64,000 bases of DNA. Origin: Trichoplax adhaerens. Its lineage: Eukaryota > Animalia > Placozoa. Made by a program: the position numbers and the translations under genes. This document shows, in pieces, positions 1 through 13,700 of the stretch (its first letter is position 1; each line of letters opens with the position of its first letter). Below the pieces are notes generated by a model, which saw nothing but the letters and a program-made list of their open reading frames with translations, was not told the origin of the DNA and did not search any database. The stretch is from contig NW_002060945.1 of the NCBI RefSeq assembly GCF_000150275.1, positions 1,857,417 through 1,921,416 of the forward strand, in the 5' to 3' direction.

Positions 1-305
1 GGTGATGATAGCGATTATTCTTCATATACTTAAAGCGCTGGCAGTATCCGTAGCTGATTCATTATAATTATTTATTGCTAAAAATTGAAGCTGTTGCAAA
101 CTTTGTATACTTTCTCCTTTACGATTTAGTAACAGTACAGTAGAAACTGAGCACTTTTACATATGCGTATTATTACACAGTATAGTATTAAGCATAAGCT
201 ACAGTACTGCTTCAAGGATTGATTGTAAATTATAGTATGACATTATGATCGAACCAGGTATAAGAAAGTAAATATTCGTCGAGTCAATAAAGTTCAATAA
301 CATAC

Positions 306-1402
306 TAATCTGACACCATTAATTTGAAGAATAAAATCGAAGAAAGGTTCTAGTCCCGCTTTTTGGCCTGGAGAGCCTTCTTGTACCTATCCAATATTCA
401 ATATAGATGGTGTTAGTTATGGCTAGGCTGTAGTGTCATGTACTTATACCATAAAATAGAAAATCAATTGATATAACAGTAGAGCATGTGAATAGCACAA
501 TTATCTACTAAGCAACGATAATAAATACGCATATTGCGCGGTTATAAATTAGATTATTTATGTAATTCGACAATCCTACTAACTCCACAGTTATGCTATA
601 CATAAATGAATGTGCAGATAGTTAATATCGAGCATCCATGGCATAATCGAGTAGCCTAAGACAATAAATAGCGCAGACGATCAACAAGGTAGAGTATTGA
701 ACATTGACTAAGTCCAGTATGGTAGCGATTAATTATAGTGGCTACTGTACGTAGCGCATTGTACATTTACTACCAACATTATTCGGTGGCTCAAGTTTCT
801 AAGCTAATATAGTCAAGCTCTATAGGAAGAAAGCAAGGAATCCTTTTAGAGCCAGACTGTCAAATTATTACGGCTCATGGTGGGTAATCGTCATTGTGAT
901 TTCTTATTCATTTCTAGTAATACTCTTCACTAGTACACAAAGCTTTTAAGTAATACTGTACTATAAAGGTGTAACGAAATGATCGGTCCTTCACGACTAC
1001 TGTATATAGTACTATGAACGTCGACACTATCCAAGCAGAAACGGATTATATTGATTATCGTCCATCTCCAATTTGCAGTTTTTTTCCCCATGTATTAGTC
1101 TACACGTTTCTACATCGTATACGAGTATGGATTGAAAACTGTGTCTAAACTAATATACAAGTAGATTAATTGCAGTACAAGTTTCAAGTGGATATTCATT
1201 GAATTTCCATTGCTGGTGATCTACAGTACTGTAAGAGTGTATGAAAAGGAAGAGGACTGGTAAAAATAGTTCACTGGATTTTGTCTATTGCACTGAGTAA
1301 CTCTACGCTAGTATTCTTGATCAAAGTATACTTAACAACCTTGAGGACATGATACCCTTCAGTTCCACCGTCTGATACCTCTACGGATTGCGATCCACCC
1401 AT
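306..1402 (-). CDS. GORASP2: GRASP55/GORASP2-like Golgi reassembly stacking protein, exons 1-2 (gene continues past the left edge)
   Basis: Not in the ORF track. Exon 1 (1402-1340) encodes [21 protein letters not shown] and exon 2 (386-306) encodes [27 protein letters not shown], joined by a GT-AG phase-0 intron. This closely matches the GRASP55 N-terminus as I recall it ([40 protein letters not shown]). The MGxxxS myristoylation motif is present. Confidence 0.95.
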
Positions 1403-1544
1403 TGCTGCCGATTTTGCTACACAAATTGCTCTGGATTAGGAGTACATCCGCAGCAATCGTCTTCGTTTCACTGGCAGTGAAACAAGTAGCACAAGTTGTT
1501 CCCACTGGGGTGCTAGTGTGCTGCGCACCGGCAACCTCTTCTGT

Positions 1545-2500
1545 CTACAGTACAGTAATATTCTGCTGTACAGTACCATGGTAGTGCAGTACTGTAATAC
1601 TACAGTACATATACTGTAGCACTGGATCCTGAACTGTCTTCAATCCTTTTGATTCTGCGCAGTGTGCAGTGTATTGCACACTTGCCCACGTTGGATAGAG
1701 CGTCTGTACAGTGTACGTCTGTATTACTCAATCACTGGTGACTTATTACAATACAGTACTATGGAGAAAGGAGTGAGTGAAAAGTACTGTACGGTAAACT
1801 ACAGTACTGTACAGTATAGTGCGGTAGAAGAAGCTTGCACAGTAGAATTGTACTGTACTGTACTGTACGAGTGTACGTGGCTGGTTTGAAGTCGTTACAT
1901 TACGACAAGACAGAGTACCCATACCAAAAAGTTGAGTATTACACTGTACTGTAGTGCTACAGTACATATACTGTAGGACTGGATCTGCAATTGTCTTCAA
2001 TCCATTTGATTCTGCGCAGTGTACAGTACATAATAGTGCTGTAGAGGAAGCTTGTACAGTACAGTACGTGGCTGGTTTGAAGTTATTACATTACGACAAG
2101 ACAGAGGACCAATACCAAAAAGTTGAGTATTAGTACAGTAGGACTCGCTACGAGTGATCGAGTGACGATCATGCAGTATTGTTACGGTTCAAGAACTGAA
2201 GAACTGGAACTGTACACGTCATCTCTTCGCTTCAATCGCCAGCAGGCGAGGCATAAAGTAAGTGGACACCAGGACAGTACAGTACAGTACTGTACAGTAC
2301 TATACTTACAGTATGTACTGTATTTACTGTAGGGCTGGAGTACTAGGTACTGTATTCTATAGTAGTACTCCATCAATAAAAGCCACAACGCTGCCGCGTC
2401 AATCAACAGCATCGACAGATACCAAATTTGTTCGAATTCGGTCTTCAAATTGTGTTTTCATATAATTTCAATGATGAGCTACCCTGTACTGTACAACTTG
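1545..2500. repeat. TACAG/CTGTA pentamer-rich island upstream of GORASP2, containing an imperfect tandem duplication
   Basis: Runs such as tactgtactgtactgtac (~1851-1868) and cagtacagtacagtactgtacagtac (~2275-2300). Block ~1591-1941 is repeated, with internal deletions, at ~1945-2132. Confidence 0.85.
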
Positions 2501-2965
2501 CTAGTAGGGTAATCATCCATGATCGCTATTAACAGATACTGTACATCGACTTACTGAAGGCACAATATTGCATAGTTTACCGTGCGATTTACTATTCAGA
2601 ATCGAAATTAATTTTGTACATGTTATGTATAAAAATGGAACGATAACGGGTAAAAGTAGGCCTTCAAGCGTTCCTGCGTTTGGAATAGCCTAAAATATTG
2701 GATAAATATCCGTATACAGTACTTTACGTACAGGATGCACTAGTAGATGAAATGCATCGTAGTTGACCAGTTTTATCCACTAGTGGAATAATCTACGATA
2801 CAACAGCTGTTATGGGTAGAACTTTCAGTAAAATTAAGCCTTTTCTCCTAGCCTTTTTTGGGGGATGGATGGCCGGCCCATTACAGACAGACATTCTTCG
2901 TGACATTAAAGCGACTTTCATAGAATCAGAGAAGTTCAAAGTGAATGGCATCACGTGCGGCGTGT

Positions 2966-2978
2966 GTTGCTAAGATAC
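2966..2978 (+). promoter_or_regulatory. Candidate RFX X-box upstream of the C7orf57-like gene
   Basis: GTTGCT-A-AGATAC is an imperfect X-box palindrome ~330 bp upstream of the ATG at 3306. An E-box (CACGTG) lies at 2952-2957. Confidence 0.45.
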
Positions 2979-3305
2979 CTACGTACACAAGCTAATAAGG
3001 AAGATTACATGACTATGTTATTTATAGGAGTACAAGAGTAATCGCAGGTTGTTAATAGTATTTACAATATCCTTGTTGAGCATTACTTTATATAGCTTTT
3101 ACTGCGATTTGTGTTAACTCAATTGCAATAGTCACCGAAATCTTGGTGTTTCCGTAATCGTTCCAACGATCGACTTGCAATCTAGCAAAAGGCGATCGAT
3201 AGCCATATCAAATTCTATTTAAACGAGTTGTACATGCTCTACATTAGATAGCATAAGCCGAATTTGCTAAAATATTATCAGCAATATACCTTCTTCACTC
3301 AAGTA

Positions 3306-5771
3306 ATGCCTTCCTTCTTTAAAGATTTCCAAGGACAAGGTAAGTTGTAATACAATCGAACATACCCAATCTGGCATTTTACCTTAACTACCAAATTGTA
3401 TTTTATCGCATGATCAATCTATCCTCTAGCACCTTAACTTTACATCTATTCTCATGGATATACGAATTTTTGATTGCTTTCTGTGTCTACATTGTCGCTA
3501 GACTTACTTTTAGTGATATTACAACGCGCTGTTAGCTCCTTAATTAAAGGTTTACCTGGCACATTTACTGCGATATTCACCAAAAAAATTAAAAACTGAA
3601 AGTTACCGACGATGTCGATTTCACCGTAACTGTATATCTGTAGTCTATACATAGTTAAAGAAAATTTTGGGTCGTTGTTGTTAAGTGAATAAATCTCATT
3701 TTATAGAACGCATCGAGTTAGCTAATACGATTCCATTTCTGTGATATCTTTTATAGTATAACTTACTCTACGCTGATACCGTCCATTTGCCTAACTCGCT
3801 GCATGAATACTGTGCATATTCTAGTAAAATAGCATAATCAAGTAAATTTTATAGTATTCTGTAATAAGGCATAGAAAATTAAAAAACTGATTATTAATAA
3901 TTTTAAATAATGGAAAGAACTATACTTTCTTGGCAATAATACGTCTTCCTAAAGAGAACACTCAATTGTTTCAATACTGCAGTAATATCAACAATAAGCA
4001 AGTAATAGTAAGGCTTACAATAGATCGAAACAAGTATTAACACGGTCTTAAACACTTAGATACCAGACGATACTTAAGAATTGACTAATAAATCGGAACA
4101 GCATGAGTTCTACTCAGTTCTTGGCTATTTTCCCCAAATTTTGCTATTAGCAATATACATAGCTTATAAGATAAAACAGGAAATTAGAATTAGATAGTTA
4201 AAAGCGTCATTATCTTTATTAGATAATTAACAAATTAACTGCTTATCACTTTACTAGATTGGTTCTATCATGCTCCAAATAAAAAATTAGATTCTGAAGA
4301 GAAAAATGCTCAAATGCCAGTTCTTTCTCAAGTGCCGGGACTAAGTGACGTCGCTGGCGAAGATAGCGATCCATTCGCAAAATCTAAAAAAGGATGGATC
4401 AGGGACACTGATTCTCGTTATATTCAAATGGCAAAGCAAGGGGGTCGCAAAGATTTACTGATGTTCAATGTTCCTCATACTATTTCGAAAGATCCCATAG
4501 CATATCCCAGAGTTGATTGGTTTGATCATCAACAACCCGATATTGAAATAAGACAACCGTTAGTAAAATAATAAATTTTACCCGTACAATAAAATAAGCA
4601 ATGCATGCTGCAAGTATATGCAATAGTTTAAAATGAGGTGCCTTATTAAATGAAGAAATTTTATTCTCTTGGCAGGAGACGCCATGAACCAGATCGAGAT
4701 ATTTATGGGGAGTATCTTACATTAAATAAAAAAACAGCACCAGCAGGTGTTATAACAAATCAAGGATCCAAAGGCAAGGACTTATTTGATAAACCTCCTC
4801 CATTTTCTTTAGACGATGATTTATCATATTGGCAAAGGTAATTCTTCTTACTCCTTTAAATTATGTATTAACTACAAGGGATAATGGGCTAATTTAGCTC
4901 AATTTATCCTAGAATTAGATCGTGTTATATATTATGTGATAATGAAATAATTAAGATAACATCAGAAAATGCGATACGATATGTAGGAAAAAAACAGAGA
5001 AATCAGAAAAGCAAGAAAAACCAAAACAGATTGACAGATTTAAATTACCTCCGTTAAAATCCAACAAGGAATCACTCGTTAATGGAGATGCTGCCAACAA
5101 CGTCCAAAAAACAAAAGGGTAAGCCAGCAGCTTACATGGTGTAGTTTCACATACCTTTTTATGCTACATTAGTTAACGATAAATATACTTTAAAGTTGTT
5201 AAAGTGCATATTTATTTATCTATGCGTTACCTAAAAGTGTATTACTTCTATTCAAGGAAAAAGAATGGCGAAAACGTAAATTTTAATTATTTAATGTCAA
5301 TGGGATATCAAAAGGATTGGTTTGATGAAAAAGAGCGAAAAGATAAAGAGGATGATGATAAAAAAGTGAGAAAGCGATTGAAATGATGTTAATAATTCTT
5401 CTAAAGTCAATACCGTAGTTTCCAACGTATTTAGTATCGTATGAGGCTAGCATAAATTACTTAGTTCAACTATTTTTTATTCGAACCGTAGAGAAAGCAG
5501 CAGACACTATTAAAGGAAAAAGTGAGGCAAGGCATGAAACCAAGGTGGGTAATTATTGGCATCAAGTGGATGTCGTCTTTACTTCATAATTGATACAATA
5601 CTCCTAGATATCTTACATAATATGTCTAAAATAAGCTATAATTTATCATATACTATCTGCAGAAATCCTCAAACGTATACCGATAAGGTAGAAAATAAAG
5701 ACCAATTTAAATTAAGTAAGTTTAAAAATGTAAACTCTAAGATTAACACACGCTGGTCGGAAAGGCAATAA
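3306..5771 (+). CDS. C7orf57: C7orf57-like uncharacterised protein, 7 coding exons
   Basis: Exons 3306-3339, 4258-4558, 4676-4837, 4987-5118, 5257-5365, 5492-5544 and 5663-5771 splice in frame via GT-AG. Motifs DWFYHAP, SQVPGLS, WIRDTDSRYIQMAKQGGRKDLL, AYPRVDWF, PFSLDDDLSYWQR and NFNYLMSMGYQKDW parallel human C7orf57 as recalled ([50 protein letters not shown]). Confidence 0.85.
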
Positions 5772-7638
5772 GAAGAATTCGATTTATTTCCATAAATAAA
5801 TGACTGTAAATTAAATAAATTACGTTTTTGCTTTTCGTATTGAATACTTTGATTATCGCCTCAATGTATTATATTGAAATATTAAGTAATAAATTTGTAA
5901 TTTTACCTTTTAATAAATATTACTTTAGCATATATATCGATATTGATGTATCTGATCGCCGTAATGAAAGTAGAATGTGAAATTTAATGTAGAATTTCTT
6001 TGTTTTATTGCTCCTTAAATTTTTGTACTAACAATTAACTAGAAAATTGTTCCATCACTAAATATATCATAATAATAAGAAACAAATCGTCATTACTGTC
6101 AAGGCGCTACACATTTAATGCTGACCTCATAATTAGTAATCATATTCATAAACTCTGTCAAAGCTTTATTCTGTCCTTACGATATATTAAGAATTTGTAC
6201 AGTTTCAATTAAATTAGCTCCAAACCTATTATATACAATATTCCTTGTATTAGAATGATATCATCTTTTCTTCTTCGAATCATACTAAGCAATCTACAAT
6301 CTTATTAAAATCGATCGTTTTGATCGTTCTATTGGAATCGCTTTACGCGTGTTATTGTAATTTGATTAATATTTTCAGCTAGAATATTGTGTAATAAAGC
6401 GAATATCGACGAATAAATTCCCGAATTTATAATTATAAATGATCTTCATTAACTGCTAACGCTCAAATTAAATTAATTTTTACAATAATATATGGCAATC
6501 AGATTTAGTTCAGATAACGGCGCAATCAGGGATAGCCAACTCTTAACTATATATACTATAGTACCAGTAAACAGAATAGTAACTACGTATTGTGCTGAAG
6601 CTAGCAGGATGAAGAACTGATTTGTATCATGTAAATTATTGACTACTTTGATGAATACTGATACAGTTTTAGATTTTGAGATTTAAACAATACTAGTAGT
6701 TTATAAAATAATGTATTTAATTACCACTTGAAATCGTGGCTAATCACTTCCAGACTTAATCATAAATCATATTAATGTGAATGAGTCCATTTTGGATTGG
6801 TGCAATCACGTAATTATAATTGTAATCAACTAATACACTGCAAAGTATTATGAGCTTATTCCAGCTTTCATACAATTACTATCATCAATTAACTTCAGCT
6901 AGCGTAATTATTAAAGTAAGGGGTAGTAAATTCTAACATGACATAGAAGTAAGTAGTAATCTACTGACGATTCTTATATACTCTGTTGGTTTAAGGTTAA
7001 AGTTATAGAGCAATAACCAAAAAATTATGTTCCATGCTACATGGTAGCCACTTTGCTACTCTCCATGTTAAGTTATTAGAAAGATCTTTGTTAGCCGAGT
7101 TCGAGATATTTAGGCGAAATAATCCAACTCTTCATAAAGAAATAAATCTACAATACTACTACTATAACCATTTAAATTATATGATAATCATAATTGTTAC
7201 CCTGTAAGCTATGTCTCTAAAAATAGAGTTCAGAACTATTTATAAATGTTAAACCATATCTTTAGTTTCTGGAAATGATGCTATAAATGTTTGAACATAT
7301 AGATTAACTTTGTATTATTGCAGCCGCCAGTGACGACTACTTCTTAGTCTACTAATTTGAAATCCTATTACAGCAAATGTCATACGGATATACAATATAA
7401 ATTGTATATTTTATTCATTACGATAACTCCTGCGGTGTGCTGCTAAATCGTGTTCAAGTATAACTACGCGTATAAGCAATCGTATAGAACTGATTACTTT
7501 CTTATTGTGAGATCATACGATTTAATACCTAGACTAATGCTACGCATGCAGGTACTACGATCGTATAGAAAGTATTAAGATTAATGTCTAGAGATGGAAT
7601 GTTTTGAAATTCAAATATATGTAAGGGTTCATACGTGC

Positions 7639-7652
7639 GTCACTATGGGAAC
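7639..7652 (+). promoter_or_regulatory. RFX X-box upstream of BBS9
   Basis: GTCACT-AT-GGGAAC fits the 14-bp X-box consensus RTHNYY-WT-RRNRAC and ends 137 bp before the BBS9 ATG. BBS genes are established RFX/DAF-19 targets. Confidence 0.7.
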
Positions 7653-7788
7653 GGAACGGCTTAACAAAGCTGGCGGTAGGACTTCAAATCGTAATACTGT
7701 TTCTCGCCACTAGAACTTACTTGCTATAAGATCATTAACTGTAGAAAGGAAAACCATCTTACTTTACGTTCTTACCGTAGAATACAAC

Positions 7789-10700
7789 ATGTCTCTTTTC
7801 AAGGCGCGAGATTGGTGGTCGACGACCGCTGGTGATAACGAAGAATATGATACCGGTTGCCTATGCGTTGCCAATATTGATAATAGTCCCGATAATGTCG
7901 GTAAGAACTTTGATGGATATTCTTTCTATTTTAAACACAGAATTATTCCTATAAAAGTGACATCAAACGTTCAATTGTAACACGCGTATAATTCAGTCAC
8001 TCACAGAGTAAACTTATAGACTTGTAGTAATTATACTACTATACAGTTTATCAAATTGATTACGCCTTGATGGATAAAGCATAATTTACTAGCTAAAATA
8101 ACAACAACTATCCATGATAACACCATTTGTAATTTATTTTATGCAATGTTAAAGAGACTTTTCTTTACTGATAGTACGATCTATTTCTGACAGTTAGTGA
8201 ATTTTGTTCATTGCCCCATTAGATATGGTATAACGTAATGTATACTTTACTATGCAGTGTAATTTATCATACAAAATACATACCAATTTGTAAATTTTAA
8301 TTGATGAGCTATAAGGACGTCAGAGGCAAATCAACGATAAAATCGACACATTAATAGATATTAATTAAGGATAAGCTTTAGCGAAGACAAGTTTCATCCT
8401 TTGACATTGCTTTTACTCGATAAAAACATACCGTACACGATAAAATAGGTATGTCGCGATATAAATAAGAAACTTTTGCAGTCTAAATACGTTCAGAGAA
8501 AGATACCTTCTATGATATCTAGTAAAAATTTAGCATGAAGATGAATTTAATTCTGTAGTAAGACGAAAGCCATTAAAATCGGACAAGTAAATGACGCTAG
8601 CGATCAAATAAATCTCATGGAGAATTTATAAAATATAAGAAAGAAAATTGAAAGTATTTCCAAAACGGGTCGGAGTTGGGTCTCGCAATTCTACGTACTG
8701 TTGTTATGAATTAGCCACCATCATATCTTGAAATATGTTACTAGTTATACACAATACCATAGAATGCCTATAGTATCATATATTTATTATATTGAACTAT
8801 TCATATGTCTATTACATCCTCGATTCTACAGATTACATTGTTATGTACGATTTACTTTTTTCACTTCAAATGTCCTTACGATATTGAAGAAACATTATCA
8901 TCTGGATTGATAATTCGAACTAACGAACTGTGTACAGCATTGACAAGTACAATCTCATAACCCGTTTATCGACACAAAATAGAGATCTTTTTTCTCTCTA
9001 TATTCGCATCATCAACTAAGAATATTGTATAACTGATTCTGCAATTCGTGGAACACAAATTTATGTCACACATACCACTATTTTATTTATTTTACTTTTT
9101 GACATTCTCATCGTAAATATAGTACACTAGTTATTCAGCTAGTTCATATCTTGTTGATTATGTTATTATAGATGTTCTATTAACCAGGAACTTCACTAAA
9201 AAAACAACAGCAACAATATTAATTGAATAGATTAAAAAGTATTAATTTTGGCTAAATAACAAAATGGCTAAATTGACTCCTGTCCAGACAGAGAACCAGA
9301 AACAAATTTAAAAGAAAAATAGTAATAAATTTATTTAGATTTTAACAGTTTTAAGATTAAGAATGACTTTAGAGATACTTTACACTGATCATGTCCATCT
9401 CTATTCTAGAGGAATTGACATTAAACATATATTATTATGATATGTAGATAGTTAAATTCAACCTTTAATCTTGTTGATATTTTTACGGTCATCTAACATC
9501 GGTAAGTTAAAGCATGGATGGAAGTAATTAATCTAATCTCCAAAGAGTCATGAATGCTTAAAATGAATTTCGTTTTTTCCCTTGGTGTAAAGTATCATCA
9601 ACGTAGTCAAATATGAAACTTTAAGATTTAGATAGGCGACCTTTAGACCAATGCATAACCAATCGAAATAATGAAAATATCCGTATAATGCATAATAGTA
9701 TTGTTAGTAATGTTAGTATTATTTATCAACGTTGAAAGTAAATCAGGCATTTTTATTCACTTCGTGATTCGATAGCGATAAATAATTAGAATTTGATCTA
9801 ATTCGATAATAGAAATGTTAGATACAGGAGAATCAAACATGATGCGACAATATGCAGTAGATTTATATTCAGTTAACTTATTACCGTTCTCAATGAATAA
9901 AGCCAATTAAGAGTCTCCAAAATAATTAGATTTTTCCGAAATAAAATCTCAAAGCATAATATTAATTTCTGTTGGAAATTGTAGATAAAGTTATTGTCGG
10001 AAGTTACTTTGGAATTTTAAGAATCTACTCACCCCAGCCGCCGAAATATCATCCGGAAGATTTAATGTTAGAATATCAATTGCAACAACCAATACTACAG
10101 TTAGAGGCTGGTAAATTCGTCTCGTAAGTAATGGTTTATAAATTAAATTGAGCATTATTTATTTCTTTTATTCGATCTAGATTTGTGTTAATATCGACAG
10201 TTTTTTAAATCGGATATACCGTATGATTTAAACGTTAGCTATGTCTTGAATATAGTTGATATATGTAGAATACGAAATTATTGTGGTATTAAGTAAACTT
10301 GGGAGAGTAATTTTATTAAATTATTCCTTTAGTGAGTCAGATGCCCTATATTTAGCTATTCTTCATCCTAGAAAGCTATCTATTTATTCCATAACCGGTA
10401 AGTAGCTGGATGTATTTCGATTCTTTCTCTATCATATTTCCTTATAATATACTCGTATTCTACTATCTTATACTGAAAATGATCAAAGGTATTGAGTTGT
10501 TCTCAATAACATGGTAATATTACTTATTCATCTTTCAACAGCTATTACTGGCTCAGTTGAACATGGTAGTCAGTATGCCGTCAAATTAGCTTATGAACAT
10601 TTACTAGAGAGAACATCATGTAACTTTGTTGTTGGTTCCTTTGGAGGCGTAAAAGGTAGAGTAGGATCAATTTAGATTGAAATCGTAAAATTTTAATCAC

Positions 10701-13700
10701 CTTTGACTTTTTGTTTCTTCGAGATTACTTAAGATAGTGTAGTTCTAACATTGATCTTAACTGCTGAATATCTCCCTTCTCCTATGAGGAAAGGCACGTT
10801 TATTAACTGGATTTATATTTGATAGGAAAAGATTTCTTTTGCGTTCAGTCGATGGATGGAATGGTGTCATTTTTTGAACAAGAATCATTTGCATTCGGCC
10901 GTTTCCTACCAGGATTCTTGCTTCCAGGCCCGTTGAAATATATACCAAAATCTGATTCATTTGTGACATGTTCCACTTCGAGATCAGTTGAATGTTACAA
11001 GTACGTCGATTTAGCCTAAAAGATGCAAATTATCATTTTGGCTCTACAATATTTCTATATTGATATCGTTATACATCTTATGGATATATTAGCTATAATT
11101 ATGTGGTTTTAGATGAAGACCTTGAGATTGATGTACTATGTACACTTTTCTTTTAGATATCAATCTTTAGCACAAGCATCCGAAGGTAGAGAATCGACTA
11201 AACTCAGCGATAAAGTATCTGGAAAAAGATTAACGGTAAGAGTATAAGAATTAAGTAGTAATTATGGCATGAACTTTAATTTAGCATAATTAACAAGTCT
11301 TTTCTCTGTTTTATTTCTCTATGATGGATGTTAACCATAGTCTGATTGGTCCGTCAATATTGGAGAATGTGCCAAAGAAATCTATATGGTCAGTTTCCAG
11401 AATGCTCCATCGTCTATCTTCGTCTTAGGTATAACTTCATAATTTCAAAAGGTTATTTCGGCAGCCCACATCCATTCAGTGCTTACATCAATTCATCAGT
11501 TATTTTTACAATAATTTACTACTTAGCTAACATACTGTCTCATTCGTGTTTATTTCTTTTAGTATATGATAGATACAATAAAATTTATTTCCTATAGGTG
11601 AACGATCGATATTCTGCTTGAGAGAAAATGGAAACGTTCGTTTTATGAAGAAACTAGAATATGATCCTAGCACATTTTACCCTTATGGCAGTAGTAAGAC
11701 ATCTTTACAATTATGAGACAATGCTTTCTATTAAATTTTAGCGTTATTATTAATCTCCAACTACTTTACTCACTTAATTTCATTTAGCGCCTGATGGTGG
11801 GATTCTTTACATGATCGCTACTCATACCGATACATTACTTGTATATAAGGATATTACGTTATGTTGGGCTGCCCAAATGCCCTCTATGCCGGTTGCTTTA
11901 CGCGCTGCAGAGCTCAAGTTAGTCTTTATACTCTTAAACATGGATATTTTTTGCCGTTTGCTAGAGATTTTTAATCATATAATGATGCCTGAGTGCGTTA
12001 TTTCTATGCAGAGATTTAAAAGGACTCATTATCTCATTGGATCAAAACGGAAGAATTCAGGCTTCCTATCTTGGAACAGATCCTTCCATGTTTATAGCAC
12101 CTCCAACAGAGTCAAGAGAAATTAATTACGAGGTTTAATATATATTCTAATTACGTACATAGATCAAAATTGGCTACCATTGCAGGCGATACATTAGAAA
12201 TACAAAATGTGCAAAGCACAGACCTTAAAGTAATAGATCACCATTCAATTGATGACTTTCTTGTTTACTCTAAGGAATTGGATAAAGAAATGAAGGAATT
12301 ACAAAAGTTAATCAAGGAATCATCTGTTAGCTCCAGTAAGTTTGTTTTGAAAAGTGATTCTATATTTCAATGATTATCGAGAAGTATAAGCGTAATTCGT
12401 ATCGAGAACGAGAATTAGTCACAATTTTAAGGCTTAAACGATTTTATTTGTAGTCGGTTTTAATATTGCATATTGTTGTTATACTAGATTTATTCCAAAA
12501 TGAAGAAAGTATTACAATGCAAGTACACATTCCACCTCAATTGGATCAAACTTCGGTAAATTTTAGACTATAATTTTAGCTGATTTAAGTATACGAATTC
12601 AAGTAGAAAATTGCTTAATGATTCTTTATTTAATATGTAGATTATCGATGGAAATAAGAAAGATGAAGACGTTCCATCTTTAACGATTAAGGTAATAGGA
12701 ATTTCTCTAAGAATTGAAATTTTTTACCGTTAATTAGTTTTAGAGTTATTTAAGGAAGCCACTGGTAATTTATGAAAGCTTTTTCAATTGGTTTCCTTTA
12801 GGTTTCTTTTAAATCATCATCAACATTTAATAATGTTGTTGTCACCGCTCATACAGAGAAACCTTTAACAGTGAATCAACATACTAGAAAGATCAGTTTA
12901 GGTAACTAGCAATATAGAGTTGATTGGAAATTCGTGAAAATTGTAACTAAAATTGCTTCCAGATTTAGTTGAAAAATATTTAATGCATGATTTCTAATCG
13001 GAAAAAGATCCAGAAAGTTATACCAGGCCAATGGGAATCACCTATTACGTGGATAATAGCGATAGTATGTTACCTATAAATTTAACTACGTGGATATCAG
13101 GCAGTTACGTTACCAGTCAAGGAGCACCCAAAACTGTCCAGCAACAAGTTAATTTACCCATGAAGATGTACTGCAAGCCTTGCCAACCAGTTAAAGTAGC
13201 TACTCATAAGGTAATAAACAGTAATATCGACTTTTTATCCATTTTGATAATTGATTTATAACAGTCTATAACTGATCGCTCTACATAATCTCTATCAGAT
13301 TACTATTGACACAAACAGAAACCCCGTTAATTTGTATGATATATTTCCCGGTAAGCTTCGATTTTTAATCCTATCGTGACAATTTGGAATGTAACTTATT
13401 TCGTATAGGATAAACTAATTTACACGTTTGAATTCCTAGAATATGGAGAATCTAAAGGTCCTGGCAATGCCATCGGCTTTCAATATTATAATGGACCAAA
13501 AGTTACTCTATTAGCTTCCAAAACTTCGCGTGAGTACATTAGAACAGAAGAATAACCTTCAATATCGAGAGAGTTACTATCACTAACTATCCTATGATTT
13601 TATGCTTTCAGAGCGTTATCGATTGCAGTCTGATAATTTCGAAGCGTTAGCATTAGTTACAAGGCAGTTTGTTGAACGTATGAAAGCCAATTTTGCCAAC

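Noticed and set aside
1402-1584. Plus-strand 60-aa hydrophobic ORF
   Set aside because: It has a non-ATG start and is the antisense of the GORASP2 5' UTR.
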